This document shows positions 1-8,825 of a DNA stretch of 64,000 nt, one piece after another. The notes beneath the pieces are model-generated. The model worked only from the letters and a program-made list of their open reading frames with translations, was not told the origin of the DNA and made no database searches. The DNA is taken from contig CAYLXA010000002.1 in NCBI GenBank assembly GCA_964387845.1, positions 96,001-160,000 of the forward strand, in the 5' to 3' direction. The stretch comes from an uncultured bacterium. GTDB taxonomy: Bacteria > Omnitrophota > Omnitrophia > Omnitrophales > Abzuiibacteriaceae. The number at the start of each line of letters is the position of its first letter. Position 1 is the first letter of the stretch. A program made the translations under genes and the position numbers.

Positions 1-29
1 GCTCTTACCGGATCCGTCCCAATTTATCC

Positions 30-989
30 ATGGTCCTTGGAGGAGGGGAAACTGTCCAAACCAATTCTTTTGGAATGAGATGGCGCGAGGTTTCTCCGGA
101 TAATCCTCAAAAAAAGCAAAGAATCGCATTTGTGGGCGATTCTTTTACTTTTGGAATGGCGGCCTCAAGTGTTGAAAAAACTTTTGTAGGCGTATTTGAT
201 TCGCTTATCGACCAATCGCGCTATGAAGTTTTGAATTTCGGTGTTCCCGGCTATGGTTTTCCGGATATGGAACTTGTGCTGCATGAAAAAGTGCTCCAAT
301 TCAAACCCCGCTACGTCATTTTGATGTCGTACAACGGGAATGACTTCTCGGACACATTTTTCGGGCTGAATCGCTTCAAGATTAAAAACGGCTACCTGGG
401 CCAGGGCCTTATTCAGGAGTGTGTGGATAAATTGCCAAAGCAGTACCGCACGCCGCCGCCGCAACAGTCTTTTCTGGAACGCATTGAGCTCCATAATCGC
501 ATCGCGGGATTGATGGCGAAGGTTCACGAGCGATTTTTTTGGAATGCGCCGCCTCGCATTGATTTTTGGATTGATGATAATTTTATGGGGAGCAATGTTT
601 TTTGGAGCCGGACCGATTACCCGCCGGTGGCGGTTGAGTCTAAAGACTTATCGTTGAAAACATTGGAGCGCATCAAAGCTTTTTGTGACAAGAATCAAAT
701 CGAATTAATCATCATGACTATTCCTTTTAAGGAGCAGATTTATGCAATGTCCGAAAAGGGAGAGGGTTATGACATTCAATACCCGCAAAAATATATCGCA
801 GATTTCGCAGACGGCCGAGAAATTCCTTTTTTTGACCTGCTCCCGCTCTTAAGGGCTGAACCGTTGGTTAAATCTAAAAATATATTTTCACCGGAAAGCC
901 ACTTTAGCGATGAAGGCTACGAGTTGGTCGGCAAAATTATATTTGATCTTTTTCAAAGTGAAGTTTTGCGCAAACATGCAGACAACTGA
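30..989 (+). CDS. SGNH/GDSL-family hydrolase (putative polysaccharide esterase/O-acetyltransferase-type); possibly 5'-truncated by window edge
   Basis: Block I motif FVGDSFTFG, block III YNGNDF, C-terminal HFSDEG segment; frame stays open back to nt 3 so true start may lie upstream. Confidence 0.5.
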   Translation: MVLGGGETVQTNSFGMRWREVSPDNPQKKQRIAFVGDSFTFGMAASSVEKTFVGVFDSLIDQSRYEVLNFGVPGYGFPDMELVLHEKVLQFKPRYVILMSYNGNDFSDTFFGLNRFKIKNGYLGQGLIQECVDKLPKQYRTPPPQQSFLERIELHNRIAGLMAKVHERFFWNAPPRIDFWIDDNFMGSNVFWSRTDYPPVAVESKDLSLKTLERIKAFCDKNQIELIIMTIPFKEQIYAMSEKGEGYDIQYPQKYIADFADGREIPFFDLLPLLRAEPLVKSKNIFSPESHFSDEGYELVGKIIFDLFQSEVLRKHADN

Positions 990-2016
990 TTTTAAAAGCA
1001 AGCTTCTTCTGTGGATTTTGTTACTACCGGCTTTGCTGCACGGCGTTCTAGCTGCCTATGCTGCTATCGTGAATGGTTACATGCCTTTCGGCCGATTTGA
1101 CTGCGTCATATACCTTCTTATTTTTGTGTATCTAACGGCCATTCTAATGTTGAGAAAAGACTTTGCGAAATTAACCAACCTCGCGTTGTTGATTTATTCC
1201 ATTTTAATTTCTATTTTAATTTTTGAGGCTGTGATCCGATTCGTTAAAAAAAGTGATTATTTACCGTGGGAGCCCATGCGCCGGGTGAGCGATGCGGCAC
1301 AGGGCGTTATGCCTGGCATCGAAGGTAAAATAGAGTTTTCGGTTAATCGGTATGGTGTCCGAGGCAGGGAGACAAGCTTGGATGAAGAAATTCGAATTTT
1401 GGTCATCGGCGGGAGTACGGCTGAATGTCTCTACGTGACCGATCATGCGAGTTGGCCATGGCAATTGGAAGAAAAATTAGCCCGCCGGACTGGCAAAAGT
1501 GTCTTTGTTGGAAACTCCGGAAAAGCAGGAGCTTTTACGGTTGATCATTTGCATCTCTTAAAAAATTATCATCATATCAATCAGTTCAAAACTATTTTAG
1601 TATTAAGTGGCGTCAATGATCTGGGCGCTTTTTTGAGAGGAACTTACGAGGAAAGAAAGCGCCAGGCAGCTGCCTCGGATTTTGTGCCGATTTATTATCA
1701 ACATCTTCGGCTATACAAAATTCTTAAGCGTGCACTTCCGTTAGATTTGAACAACCCCAATATCGCCTATCAGGATCCGGAAGGGTTGTGGTACGAAGAG
1801 GAAAGAAGAATTCGTAAAGCAGCAACCAAGCGAACATCGATTCCTAATGGATTTGAAGACGCCTTGACTGAGTATGGAATTAACTTAAGGGAAATGGTAA
1901 CGATCGCCAAAGCCAGGGGTCAGCAAATTATTTTTCTGACACAGCCTAGCATGTGGCAAGCAAGCATGGACCCCCTATTTAGAAAGTTTATTATGGGAGC
2001 ATACTTCAGACTCTAA
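976..2016 (+). CDS. membrane-anchored SGNH-like hydrolase, N-terminal part of a frameshifted gene
   Basis: N-terminal hydrophobic helices then SGNH-like blocks LVIGGSTAE and LSGVNDLG; start set at internal ATG 976 (track start 910 would overlap upstream gene by 80 nt); ORF stops at 2014-2016 but homology continues in +1 frame. Confidence 0.45.
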   Translation: MQTTDFKSKLLLWILLLPALLHGVLAAYAAIVNGYMPFGRFDCVIYLLIFVYLTAILMLRKDFAKLTNLALLIYSILISILIFEAVIRFVKKSDYLPWEPMRRVSDAAQGVMPGIEGKIEFSVNRYGVRGRETSLDEEIRILVIGGSTAECLYVTDHASWPWQLEEKLARRTGKSVFVGNSGKAGAFTVDHLHLLKNYHHINQFKTILVLSGVNDLGAFLRGTYEERKRQAAASDFVPIYYQHLRLYKILKRALPLDLNNPNIAYQDPEGLWYEEERRIRKAATKRTSIPNGFEDALTEYGINLREMVTIAKARGQQIIFLTQPSMWQASMDPLFRKFIMGAYFRL

Positions 2017-2035
2017 AGCATACGATGCTAAAACC

Positions 2036-2272
2036 TTGGCGCAAATGATGGATGCTTACAATCAAGTCGTGCTGGAGATTTGTAAAACGGAAAACGTGCC
2101 ATGTATCGATATCGCTTCAAAGCTTCCAAAAGACACTCGAGTTTTTTATGATGATATTCATTTCAATATTTCAGGCTGTGCGATGGTTGCCGATTTGGTT
2201 GTCGCAGGCCTTATGAATCACTACGAAAAGCATCCGGAAATCTTTGAATCGCGCATGCCGATTAATCGATAA
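2036..2272 (+). CDS. C-terminal fragment of the same SGNH hydrolase (block V DxxH: YDDIHFN) in +1 frame
   Basis: Contains catalytic-type DxxH block expected at C-terminus of SGNH hydrolases; the +1 frame is open from 1940, upstream of the 2014 stop of the preceding ORF; C5 homopolymer at 1971-1975 is a likely indel site. Confidence 0.4.
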   Translation: MAQMMDAYNQVVLEICKTENVPCIDIASKLPKDTRVFYDDIHFNISGCAMVADLVVAGLMNHYEKHPEIFESRMPINR

Positions 2273-2291
2273 GGGGATTTAAGAGCAGATA

Positions 2292-3884
2292 ATGAGCAAC
2301 GAATCGAGCATTGATTTATTTGAATTTTATTTGCAGCGGTTTTTTATGATCGCGTATGCTCTTTTTATTTGCGTTCATTTTTATGTCATTGCTGCAAATC
2401 AATTCATAGGATCATCGGATTCCGCGATTTACGCATCAACCTTACGGAATTGGGTAGAGGGAAGGGGTTTTACGGTCGATTTTATCTCCCATTTTTTTAG
2501 AGCGTATCCTCAAATTAATCACGCGCAAGATCAATACCCCGTGTTTCCCGTTATTTTGTCCGCTCCGTTTTATATCTTGTTTGGAAAATCTGTTTTTGGA
2601 GCAAAGATTTTAAATCTGTTGTTCTACCACGGTATTTTATGGATTGGTTATTGGTTTTGGCTTAAGTGGTTTAACAAAAAAGTTGCGATTCTCTCGGCTT
2701 TGATCTACATGACCTGCGTCCCGGCTTGGCAATTATCGATTTACTGCATGGCTGATTTGGGGTCCTGCTTCTTCATTTTTTTATTCATTGCAACGCTCGT
2801 GAAATTGCGTGTTATGGAAGGTTTGCAGCGCTCTGATTTATTGACGCTTATTCTGTGCGGGCTGTTCGGTGGAATGGTTGTTTTATATAAAACAGTGAAC
2901 CATATCGTCTTGTTTGCACTCCTATCATTCGTTCTTTTCCAGCCTCACGGGAAACTGTCGGAACGATTTCGCGCAGTGTTTGCAATCGGCTTGATCGCAT
3001 TGTTGATCAACCTCCCGGATTACATTCGGAACTGGCAGCTTTTTGGCTCTCCAATTTTTTCTTACGCAAGCTCTATTGCAGTTGCTGAGAAAATGGATCC
3101 CGGGCCCAACGGCGCCTATCATATTTACTTTGATAAACCTTTATCGTTTCTGACCTTGATAACCGAATTCGGTTGGGCGCACCTCATAAAACTAACCTTG
3201 TATAATTTTGAACAGTTTTTTCTTGGTTTATTTATCAAAGGCAATTTATTGCATCCGCTGGTAATGATTGCAGGTATTTGGGGAATTGCGGCAGGGTGTT
3301 TGCGGGCGCGGCTCCGATGGCTGCTTGGGTGGTGGTTTTTTGTATTTGCGGTATTGATGTGTTTTGTGCAGAGTTATCAAGTTCGTTATTACGTTGCTTT
3401 TGCACCTTTTCTAGCCGGTGGCAGTGCTTATTTGATAGTTGAGCGAGTTCTGCCGGTATTTAAAAATATACGAGGCAAGTTGCTAGTGGTTGGAATTATC
3501 GGTATAATTTCTTCATTTTCATTAGTCTTGGGGATGCTTCCCGAGGTCTTTGGCGAAAAAAAGGCCGGGTTTCTGCGTTTGGCGAGCTGGATTGCGGCCA
3601 ACACTCCTCCGGAGGCAGTCTTGATTACAAGAAGCCCTTGGGAGGTTGGCTTTCACACAAAGCGCGGAACAGTGATTACCCCAAAAGGGAGTAAGAGAGA
3701 ATTTGATCAAATAATAGAAAGATATGGCGCTTCTTATTTTGTCATTGATGGGTACCGGGAGACTTATCATCAGATTCAAGATTTAAGACCGCTTTATTCC
3801 GGAGTTGAAATGCCTGGTTTTCAGAAAGTATTTGAGCAAAAGTGGCGTTCAAAGGAGGCCTATGTTTATAAAATCATCCATTAA
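2292..3884 (+). CDS. GT-C superfamily integral-membrane glycosyltransferase (ArnT/PMT_2-like)
   Basis: 530 aa, >10 predicted TM helices, aromatic-rich loops typical of polyprenyl-phosphate-sugar dependent GT-C enzymes; by-eye family assignment. Confidence 0.4.
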   Translation: MSNESSIDLFEFYLQRFFMIAYALFICVHFYVIAANQFIGSSDSAIYASTLRNWVEGRGFTVDFISHFFRAYPQINHAQDQYPVFPVILSAPFYILFGKSVFGAKILNLLFYHGILWIGYWFWLKWFNKKVAILSALIYMTCVPAWQLSIYCMADLGSCFFIFLFIATLVKLRVMEGLQRSDLLTLILCGLFGGMVVLYKTVNHIVLFALLSFVLFQPHGKLSERFRAVFAIGLIALLINLPDYIRNWQLFGSPIFSYASSIAVAEKMDPGPNGAYHIYFDKPLSFLTLITEFGWAHLIKLTLYNFEQFFLGLFIKGNLLHPLVMIAGIWGIAAGCLRARLRWLLGWWFFVFAVLMCFVQSYQVRYYVAFAPFLAGGSAYLIVERVLPVFKNIRGKLLVVGIIGIISSFSLVLGMLPEVFGEKKAGFLRLASWIAANTPPEAVLITRSPWEVGFHTKRGTVITPKGSKREFDQIIERYGASYFVIDGYRETYHQIQDLRPLYSGVEMPGFQKVFEQKWRSKEAYVYKIIH

Positions 3885-3905
3885 ATTAATCGGCAGGAGC
3901 TCGAA

Positions 3906-4589
3906 ATGAACTGGATGCATAGAATTATCCGCGGCATTGGTTTGCGTTTGCAGAATATTTTTATACTTCGAGATGCCAAGAGCGAAATTAATAAAAAGCA
4001 GTATTTAAAAGGCGGGGAGTATGACGCCTACATTCAGAATCAATTGACTCACACGATTGGTCTCCGAACCAAGGACGCGGCGTTCCGATATAATAAATTT
4101 ATTACAACATTTTTAGAAAAAGTACCCGGCGTTGATCGTTCGAGCAAAGTCCTGTGCGTCGGTTGCCGTAACGTGCATGAACTTGACGCTTTTAGAGACG
4201 CAGGGTTTAAAAATATAGTCGGGGTTGATTTATTTTCGACCAATCCTCAAATTTTAGTCATGGATATGCATGATTTGAAATTTGATAATGATTCTTTTGA
4301 TATTTTATACAGCGCGGCAACCTTTGAAAAAGCGTATGACCCTCAAAGAGTTGCGAATGAGTTTTTAAGAGTCGTCAAATCTTCCGGTTATATTATTTTG
4401 GAAGTGGGCGCGCACTACAAAACAGGCGAAGTAGATCGCCATGATTTCGAAAATCTCCCAAATCTTTACCAGTTTTTTAAATCGTCAATGGGCTCAATAT
4501 TTTACGAAGCAGACACGGAGGATAGTTTGGTGACTATTTTCCAAGTTCAAAAATCAACCGCAAAAAGTTTTAGCGACACCCACCCATAA
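3906..4589 (+). CDS. class I SAM-dependent methyltransferase
   Basis: Motif I-like VLCVGCRNVHELDAFRDAGF, acidic motif II VGVDLF; RBS AGGAG upstream. Confidence 0.5.
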   Translation: MNWMHRIIRGIGLRLQNIFILRDAKSEINKKQYLKGGEYDAYIQNQLTHTIGLRTKDAAFRYNKFITTFLEKVPGVDRSSKVLCVGCRNVHELDAFRDAGFKNIVGVDLFSTNPQILVMDMHDLKFDNDSFDILYSAATFEKAYDPQRVANEFLRVVKSSGYIILEVGAHYKTGEVDRHDFENLPNLYQFFKSSMGSIFYEADTEDSLVTIFQVQKSTAKSFSDTHP

Positions 4590-4607
4590 GCACGTCAAAT
4601 AGTTGAC

Positions 4608-6560
4608 ATGAATACACTTTTAATTCTTGATGATTTGGCGGAGCTTCTATCATCTAAAAATAAAACCATACAAAAGCTGCTTTCGGCGTACTTGCAGCAT
4701 TTGGCGCGTTCAGCCGATGGCGCGGCTGAGGAGTTGTTGCGTGACGGTGATACGGTTTTTGCGGCAGGTCCGCAGGAGGTTTTAAGCCGTGTCACAGGAC
4801 CTTGCGAAAAGCTGGATTACGGAATCTGGTTCGATACAATCCCGTTTGCGCGCGGCGGGGAGATTGCAGGAAAGATAGTGGAGCAGATTCGGGTTTCCGA
4901 AGAGCTTAAGTCGATCTGCCCGTTTCTGTATCGGAACACGATTTCAATTCCAAAAATCGCCGCGATGCGGCTGATCATTACATTCTGCTACCACGCGGTC
5001 AATAATTATCTTTTACTTGAAAGCATCATTCGAAAAAAGCAAATTCAGAAAATCGTGGTTTTGGGGTCTGGTGCTGAAATTGAAATTTTAGGAAAAGAAT
5101 TGTCAAAGAAGCATCGCTTACAGTTTCAAGTCATGCGCCCTCATGATGTAATTTTAAAATTAAAAGTTAGGTTTGCTGATTATCTTTTTTATCGAGACAG
5201 AAAACTTCATGCCCTTCAATCGTTTCAAAACTGCGACAGCTTGCCTAAGCAAGAAATCAAGAAGAGGAACCATAAAAAATTGATCGCCATGCTTCCGGCG
5301 CATTCCCTTCATTTTAAAATCATGGACTCGCTCATGGGCGCGCTTCGCCAATCGCGCAATTATGAGCCATGCGTGCTGCTTCAAGATGCTTTTGAGCCGT
5401 ATCAAGGGGCATTGAAAAATTCGGGAATAGCATTCCGATTTCTTCATGATTTTTCGAGCAGGGAACTTATGGGAAAATTTCAAAATTATTTTAAAAATCT
5501 CAAATCTGCTTGGAAGAAATTAAGAAATTCGGATACATTTAAATCTGCGTTTGACTGCGATGGGCTCAATTGGTTCGATATTCTGAGAGTCGAAATGGAG
5601 TGGTTTTTTAAATTCAGCTATGCTGAAACGCTGGTCTTGCAGGAGCGCTTACGAAAAGCGATGGCAGATGTGCCGATAGATTCCGTTTTTACTTTTAGCG
5701 ATTCACGGTTTTTTGAAGCGGGAGGTGCGGCAATTGCACGGGAGATGAAAAAGCCCTCGTTTTTATATTCTCCTAATTTTTTATACGATACAGACGGTAT
5801 TAACGACTACGATACGGCGGAATTTGTTTTGACCGTGGGCAATCAAATGAAAGATTATATTGCGGCGCGCGGCAAGGTGAATCCGAGTCAAATTTTCACC
5901 GTTGGCGATATCCGTTTTGACGGAAGCGAAAAATGGCGAAGCAGCGATCAGGCCGAGAAAACTCGTGTACAGCTTCAAATTCCATCGGACAAAAAGGTAT
6001 TTATTCTAACCTCGTTTTACACTTGCTTTGGCTATAATGCATACGACAAGAAACGCTTCTTTGAAATGATTCGAGATGCCGCCAAAGCCAATCCGGACGT
6101 TGCGATTGTGATCAAGGCACATCCGAACGAGAGCGAAGAAGTTCTGCGGCAATTTGTTAAAAGTTTGGGCATGAGTGATTTTCCGTTAACAAAAACAATG
6201 CCGCTTTATTCGCTGTTTGGAATATCCAGCGGGCTTATTTCGTTGACGTCTCTTGCGGCAGTCGAAGCCATGGCATTGGATTTACCGGTTATCATTGCGA
6301 CGCTGCCGGATCGAAATTACGATTACTATATCCCATTTCGCCAATCCGATTCGGCAGCGTATGCTGCAAGCGCCGAAGAGCTCTCCTTGATTTTTAGAAA
6401 ATTAATTGATGAATCGAACTACAAAAAAAATTTGTTGGAACGGCATCGACAATTTGTTTCGCGTTATGTGGACCGAGGCGGGCAGAGCGCCGGCCAACGG
6501 GTTATTCAGGTTCTAGATAAAATTGTGAATTCCGAACGTGAGAATTTGGGGCAGCTCTAA
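4608..6560 (+). CDS. TagF-like GT-B glycosyl/glycerophosphotransferase family protein with HP motif (possible CMP-nonulosonate transferase)
   Basis: C-terminal half resembles CDP-glycerol glycerophosphotransferase/capsule biosynthesis family (KVFILTSFYT..., VIKAHPNESEE HP motif); sits directly upstream of CMP-sugar synthetase gene. Confidence 0.4.
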   Translation: MNTLLILDDLAELLSSKNKTIQKLLSAYLQHLARSADGAAEELLRDGDTVFAAGPQEVLSRVTGPCEKLDYGIWFDTIPFARGGEIAGKIVEQIRVSEELKSICPFLYRNTISIPKIAAMRLIITFCYHAVNNYLLLESIIRKKQIQKIVVLGSGAEIEILGKELSKKHRLQFQVMRPHDVILKLKVRFADYLFYRDRKLHALQSFQNCDSLPKQEIKKRNHKKLIAMLPAHSLHFKIMDSLMGALRQSRNYEPCVLLQDAFEPYQGALKNSGIAFRFLHDFSSRELMGKFQNYFKNLKSAWKKLRNSDTFKSAFDCDGLNWFDILRVEMEWFFKFSYAETLVLQERLRKAMADVPIDSVFTFSDSRFFEAGGAAIAREMKKPSFLYSPNFLYDTDGINDYDTAEFVLTVGNQMKDYIAARGKVNPSQIFTVGDIRFDGSEKWRSSDQAEKTRVQLQIPSDKKVFILTSFYTCFGYNAYDKKRFFEMIRDAAKANPDVAIVIKAHPNESEEVLRQFVKSLGMSDFPLTKTMPLYSLFGISSGLISLTSLAAVEAMALDLPVIIATLPDRNYDYYIPFRQSDSAAYAASAEELSLIFRKLIDESNYKKNLLERHRQFVSRYVDRGGQSAGQRVIQVLDKIVNSERENLGQL

Positions 6561-6564
6561 TCAC

Positions 6565-7281
6565 ATGGCAAAAAAAATATTACTAACCATTGCTGCCCGC
6601 GGCGGTTCAAAAGGTGTTAAGAATAAAAACATTCGAATGCTTCACGGAAAGCCGTTGATTGCCCACACAATTCATGCTGCGTTGAAATGGGGAAAGGCAG
6701 ATCGTGTAGTGGTCAGCACTGACTCGGCTGCAATTGCACGAGCAGCGCGGAAATATGGCGCTGAAGTCCCGTTCTTGCGGCCCGCTGCGTTTGCTCGGGA
6801 TTCTTCCCCAAAATGGCATGCATTAAAGCATGTATTGGAACAATCTGAGAAATTCTTCAACGAACGCTATGATTTGGTGATTGACCTGGATGTAACGGCG
6901 CCAATTCGCAGCGGGCAGGATATTGATGTGTGTCTTCAAAAGTTTTTACGCTTCAAACCCAAAACGCTTTTCAGCGTAACGCTCGCCCATAAGAATCCGT
7001 ATTTTAATATGGTGGAAGAAACAAAAAATGGTCGCGTGCGGGTCTCAAAGAAGTTGAGGACAAGCATTGTCCGGCGTCAGGATGCGCCCAAGGTTTACGC
7101 AATCAATGGTTCGATTTATGTTTATTCGCGTAATTACCTGCTCAAGTCTAAAAATCCTATTGCGACGAGCGATGATTCAATTATTCACGTGATGGATGAA
7201 CTAAGCGGTATCGACATAGACCGTGAAATCGATTTCAAATTCGTTGAATTCTTAATTCGCGAAGGCATGGTAAAGTTTTGA
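6565..7281 (+). CDS. neuA: acylneuraminate cytidylyltransferase family (CMP-nonulosonic acid synthetase, NeuA/LegF/PseF-like)
   Basis: N-terminal ILLTIAARGGSKGVKNKN motif diagnostic of CMP-NeuAc/CMP-Kdo synthetase family; start chosen at MAKKILL (6565), just after upstream stop at 6560. Confidence 0.75.
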   Translation: MAKKILLTIAARGGSKGVKNKNIRMLHGKPLIAHTIHAALKWGKADRVVVSTDSAAIARAARKYGAEVPFLRPAAFARDSSPKWHALKHVLEQSEKFFNERYDLVIDLDVTAPIRSGQDIDVCLQKFLRFKPKTLFSVTLAHKNPYFNMVEETKNGRVRVSKKLRTSIVRRQDAPKVYAINGSIYVYSRNYLLKSKNPIATSDDSIIHVMDELSGIDIDREIDFKFVEFLIREGMVKF

Positions 7282-8150
7282 AAACCACTCGCATTATTCC
7301 TCGCCTCGATATTAAAGGCCCTAACCTGGTGAAGGGAATTCACCTTGAGGGCTTACGTGTTCTTGGTAAGCCTGAAAAATTTGCTCGCTATTACTACGAA
7401 ACAGGTGCTGACGAACTTCTCTACATGGATGTTGTTGCTAGTCTGTATGGGCGAAATAGTTTGCTCGATATTATTTCCAAAACTTCAAAAGAGATTTTTA
7501 TTCCGTTAACGGTTGGCGGCGGCCTCAGATCTTTGGTTGATATGCAGGCTGTTCTTCATGCGGGTGCTGATAAGGTCGCGATCAATACTGCCGCAACGCA
7601 AAACCCGGAGATTATTCGCGAAGCCTCTAAACGCTTCGGATCTTCAACCATTGTCGTCTCGATTGAGGCCATTAAGCAACCCGACGGCACTTATCATGCT
7701 TTCATCGACAACGGACGTCAGGAAACCGGCTTGGATGTGTTCGATTGGGTTCAAAAAGTTGTCGAGTTGGGTGCTGGTGAAATTTTGCTGACCTCTGTCA
7801 ATCAAGAGGGAACGGGAAAGGGTTACGATCTTGACCTCATCAAAAAAGTTTCCGAAATGATTCCGATTCCCGTGATTGCTTGCGGCGGAGCGAAAAATAA
7901 ATCCGATGTGGCGAAAGTAATTATGGAAGGATGTGCGGATGCTGTGAGCGCTGCATCGATCTTTCATTATCATTATATTCGTGAAAACAGGTCAACCTCA
8001 GATTTTGAAACCGAAGGCAACGTTGAATTCTTAAAAAGCGGCAAGGGATTCAGCCAGTTTGACACAGTGACAGTTCGCGATGTTAAAAAGCATTTAACAG
8101 ATTTAGGGATCGAATGTCGTTATGAAAAAGGTTTGGTGGAACATGGCTAA
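7278..8150 (+). CDS. hisF: HisF-like cyclase subunit paralogue (WbuZ-type, polysaccharide amidotransferase system)
   Basis: Strong HisF similarity (RIIPRLDIKG, TVGGGLRS, GADKVAINTAA, GAGEILLTSVNQEGT, IACGGAKN); located in sugar cluster next to HisH paralogue and PP-loop amidotransferase, not in a his operon. Confidence 0.8.
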   Translation: MKTTRIIPRLDIKGPNLVKGIHLEGLRVLGKPEKFARYYYETGADELLYMDVVASLYGRNSLLDIISKTSKEIFIPLTVGGGLRSLVDMQAVLHAGADKVAINTAATQNPEIIREASKRFGSSTIVVSIEAIKQPDGTYHAFIDNGRQETGLDVFDWVQKVVELGAGEILLTSVNQEGTGKGYDLDLIKKVSEMIPIPVIACGGAKNKSDVAKVIMEGCADAVSAASIFHYHYIRENRSTSDFETEGNVEFLKSGKGFSQFDTVTVRDVKKHLTDLGIECRYEKGLVEHG

Positions 8151-8817
8151 ATCCAAACCGCGAGTCGCTATTGTCAATTACGGCATGGGAAATCTGTTCA
8201 GCGTGCAGCAAACCTGTGCTCATGTTGGCCTTGAAGCCGTGGTTACAAACCAAAAAAGGGATCTCCAAACGGCTGACGGAATCATTTTGCCTGGCGTTGG
8301 GGCATTTGGAGATGCTATGGACAACCTAAACCGTTTAGATATTACAGAAACCCTCCAGAAGGCCATTTTATCTGAAAAAAAGCCTTTTCTAGGGGTCTGC
8401 CTGGGCCTGCAATTACTTATGGAGGAAAGTGAGGAATTTGGGTATCATAGAGGCCTTGGTGTAGTCAAGGGGAAGGTAATTCGCTTTGGCGATCAGATAA
8501 AGGGCAGGGATGGCAGGGCAGCGAAAGTCCCTCAAGTCGGTTGGAATCAGATATATCCTACGCCAAGCGGAAGTGAATGGAGCCAGTCGCTTTTGTCCGG
8601 AGTTTCAGAGGGCGATTTCATGTATTTTGTGCATTCATACCACATTGAGCCAGAAGATAGAGGCGTTCGTTTGTCAATGACGCGCTATGGTAATTTTGAA
8701 TTTTGCTCCAGTGTACAGAAGGGAAATATCTTTGGCTGTCAGTTTCATCCGGAACGAAGCGGTGCCAAGGGCGTTACGGTTTACCAAAATTTTTTGAAAT
8801 TATTTTCTAAATCTTAG
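8143..8817 (+). CDS. hisH: HisH-like class I glutamine amidotransferase paralogue (WbuY-type)
   Basis: RVAIVNYGMGNLFSV, GVCLGLQLL (Cys nucleophile), FHPERSG; start set at MAKSKPRVAIV overlapping hisF-like by 8 nt. Confidence 0.8.
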   Translation: MAKSKPRVAIVNYGMGNLFSVQQTCAHVGLEAVVTNQKRDLQTADGIILPGVGAFGDAMDNLNRLDITETLQKAILSEKKPFLGVCLGLQLLMEESEEFGYHRGLGVVKGKVIRFGDQIKGRDGRAAKVPQVGWNQIYPTPSGSEWSQSLLSGVSEGDFMYFVHSYHIEPEDRGVRLSMTRYGNFEFCSSVQKGNIFGCQFHPERSGAKGVTVYQNFLKLFSKS

Positions 8818-8825
8818 GAGCAATA

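Noticed and set aside
165-527. Minus-strand ORFs throughout the window (for example 165-527, 10602-10976, 31320-31679, 32842-33336, 54374-54619, 62520-62825)
   Set aside because: All lie wholly inside longer + strand genes that have clear family motifs. They show no recognisable motifs themselves and the skewed composition typical of antisense reading of coding DNA. Treated as spurious.
910-975. Longer N-terminal extensions given by the ORF track (910 for the membrane SGNH gene, 6538 neuA-like, 8122 hisH-like, 9560 oxygenase, 25513 phosphotransferase, 32257 def, 32705 fmt, 37781 lipoprotein)
   Set aside because: Each extension overlaps the upstream gene substantially and precedes the conserved N-terminus of the family. 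Internal ATGs that abut the upstream stop were preferred.
2036-2272. Treating the 78-aa ORF as an independent small gene
   Set aside because: It encodes exactly the missing C-terminal block V of the preceding SGNH hydrolase, in a frame already open before that gene's stop. Interpreted as a frameshift fragment.
7513-7791. Alternative-frame + strand ORFs nested in real genes (7513-7791, 12176-12439, 12506-12700, 15778-16092, 35573-35764, 43064-43276, 45607-45900)
   Set aside because: Nested out of frame within hisF-like, ABC exporter, dehydratase, gap, GH57 and malQ genes whose own frames carry the conserved motifs. No independent support.
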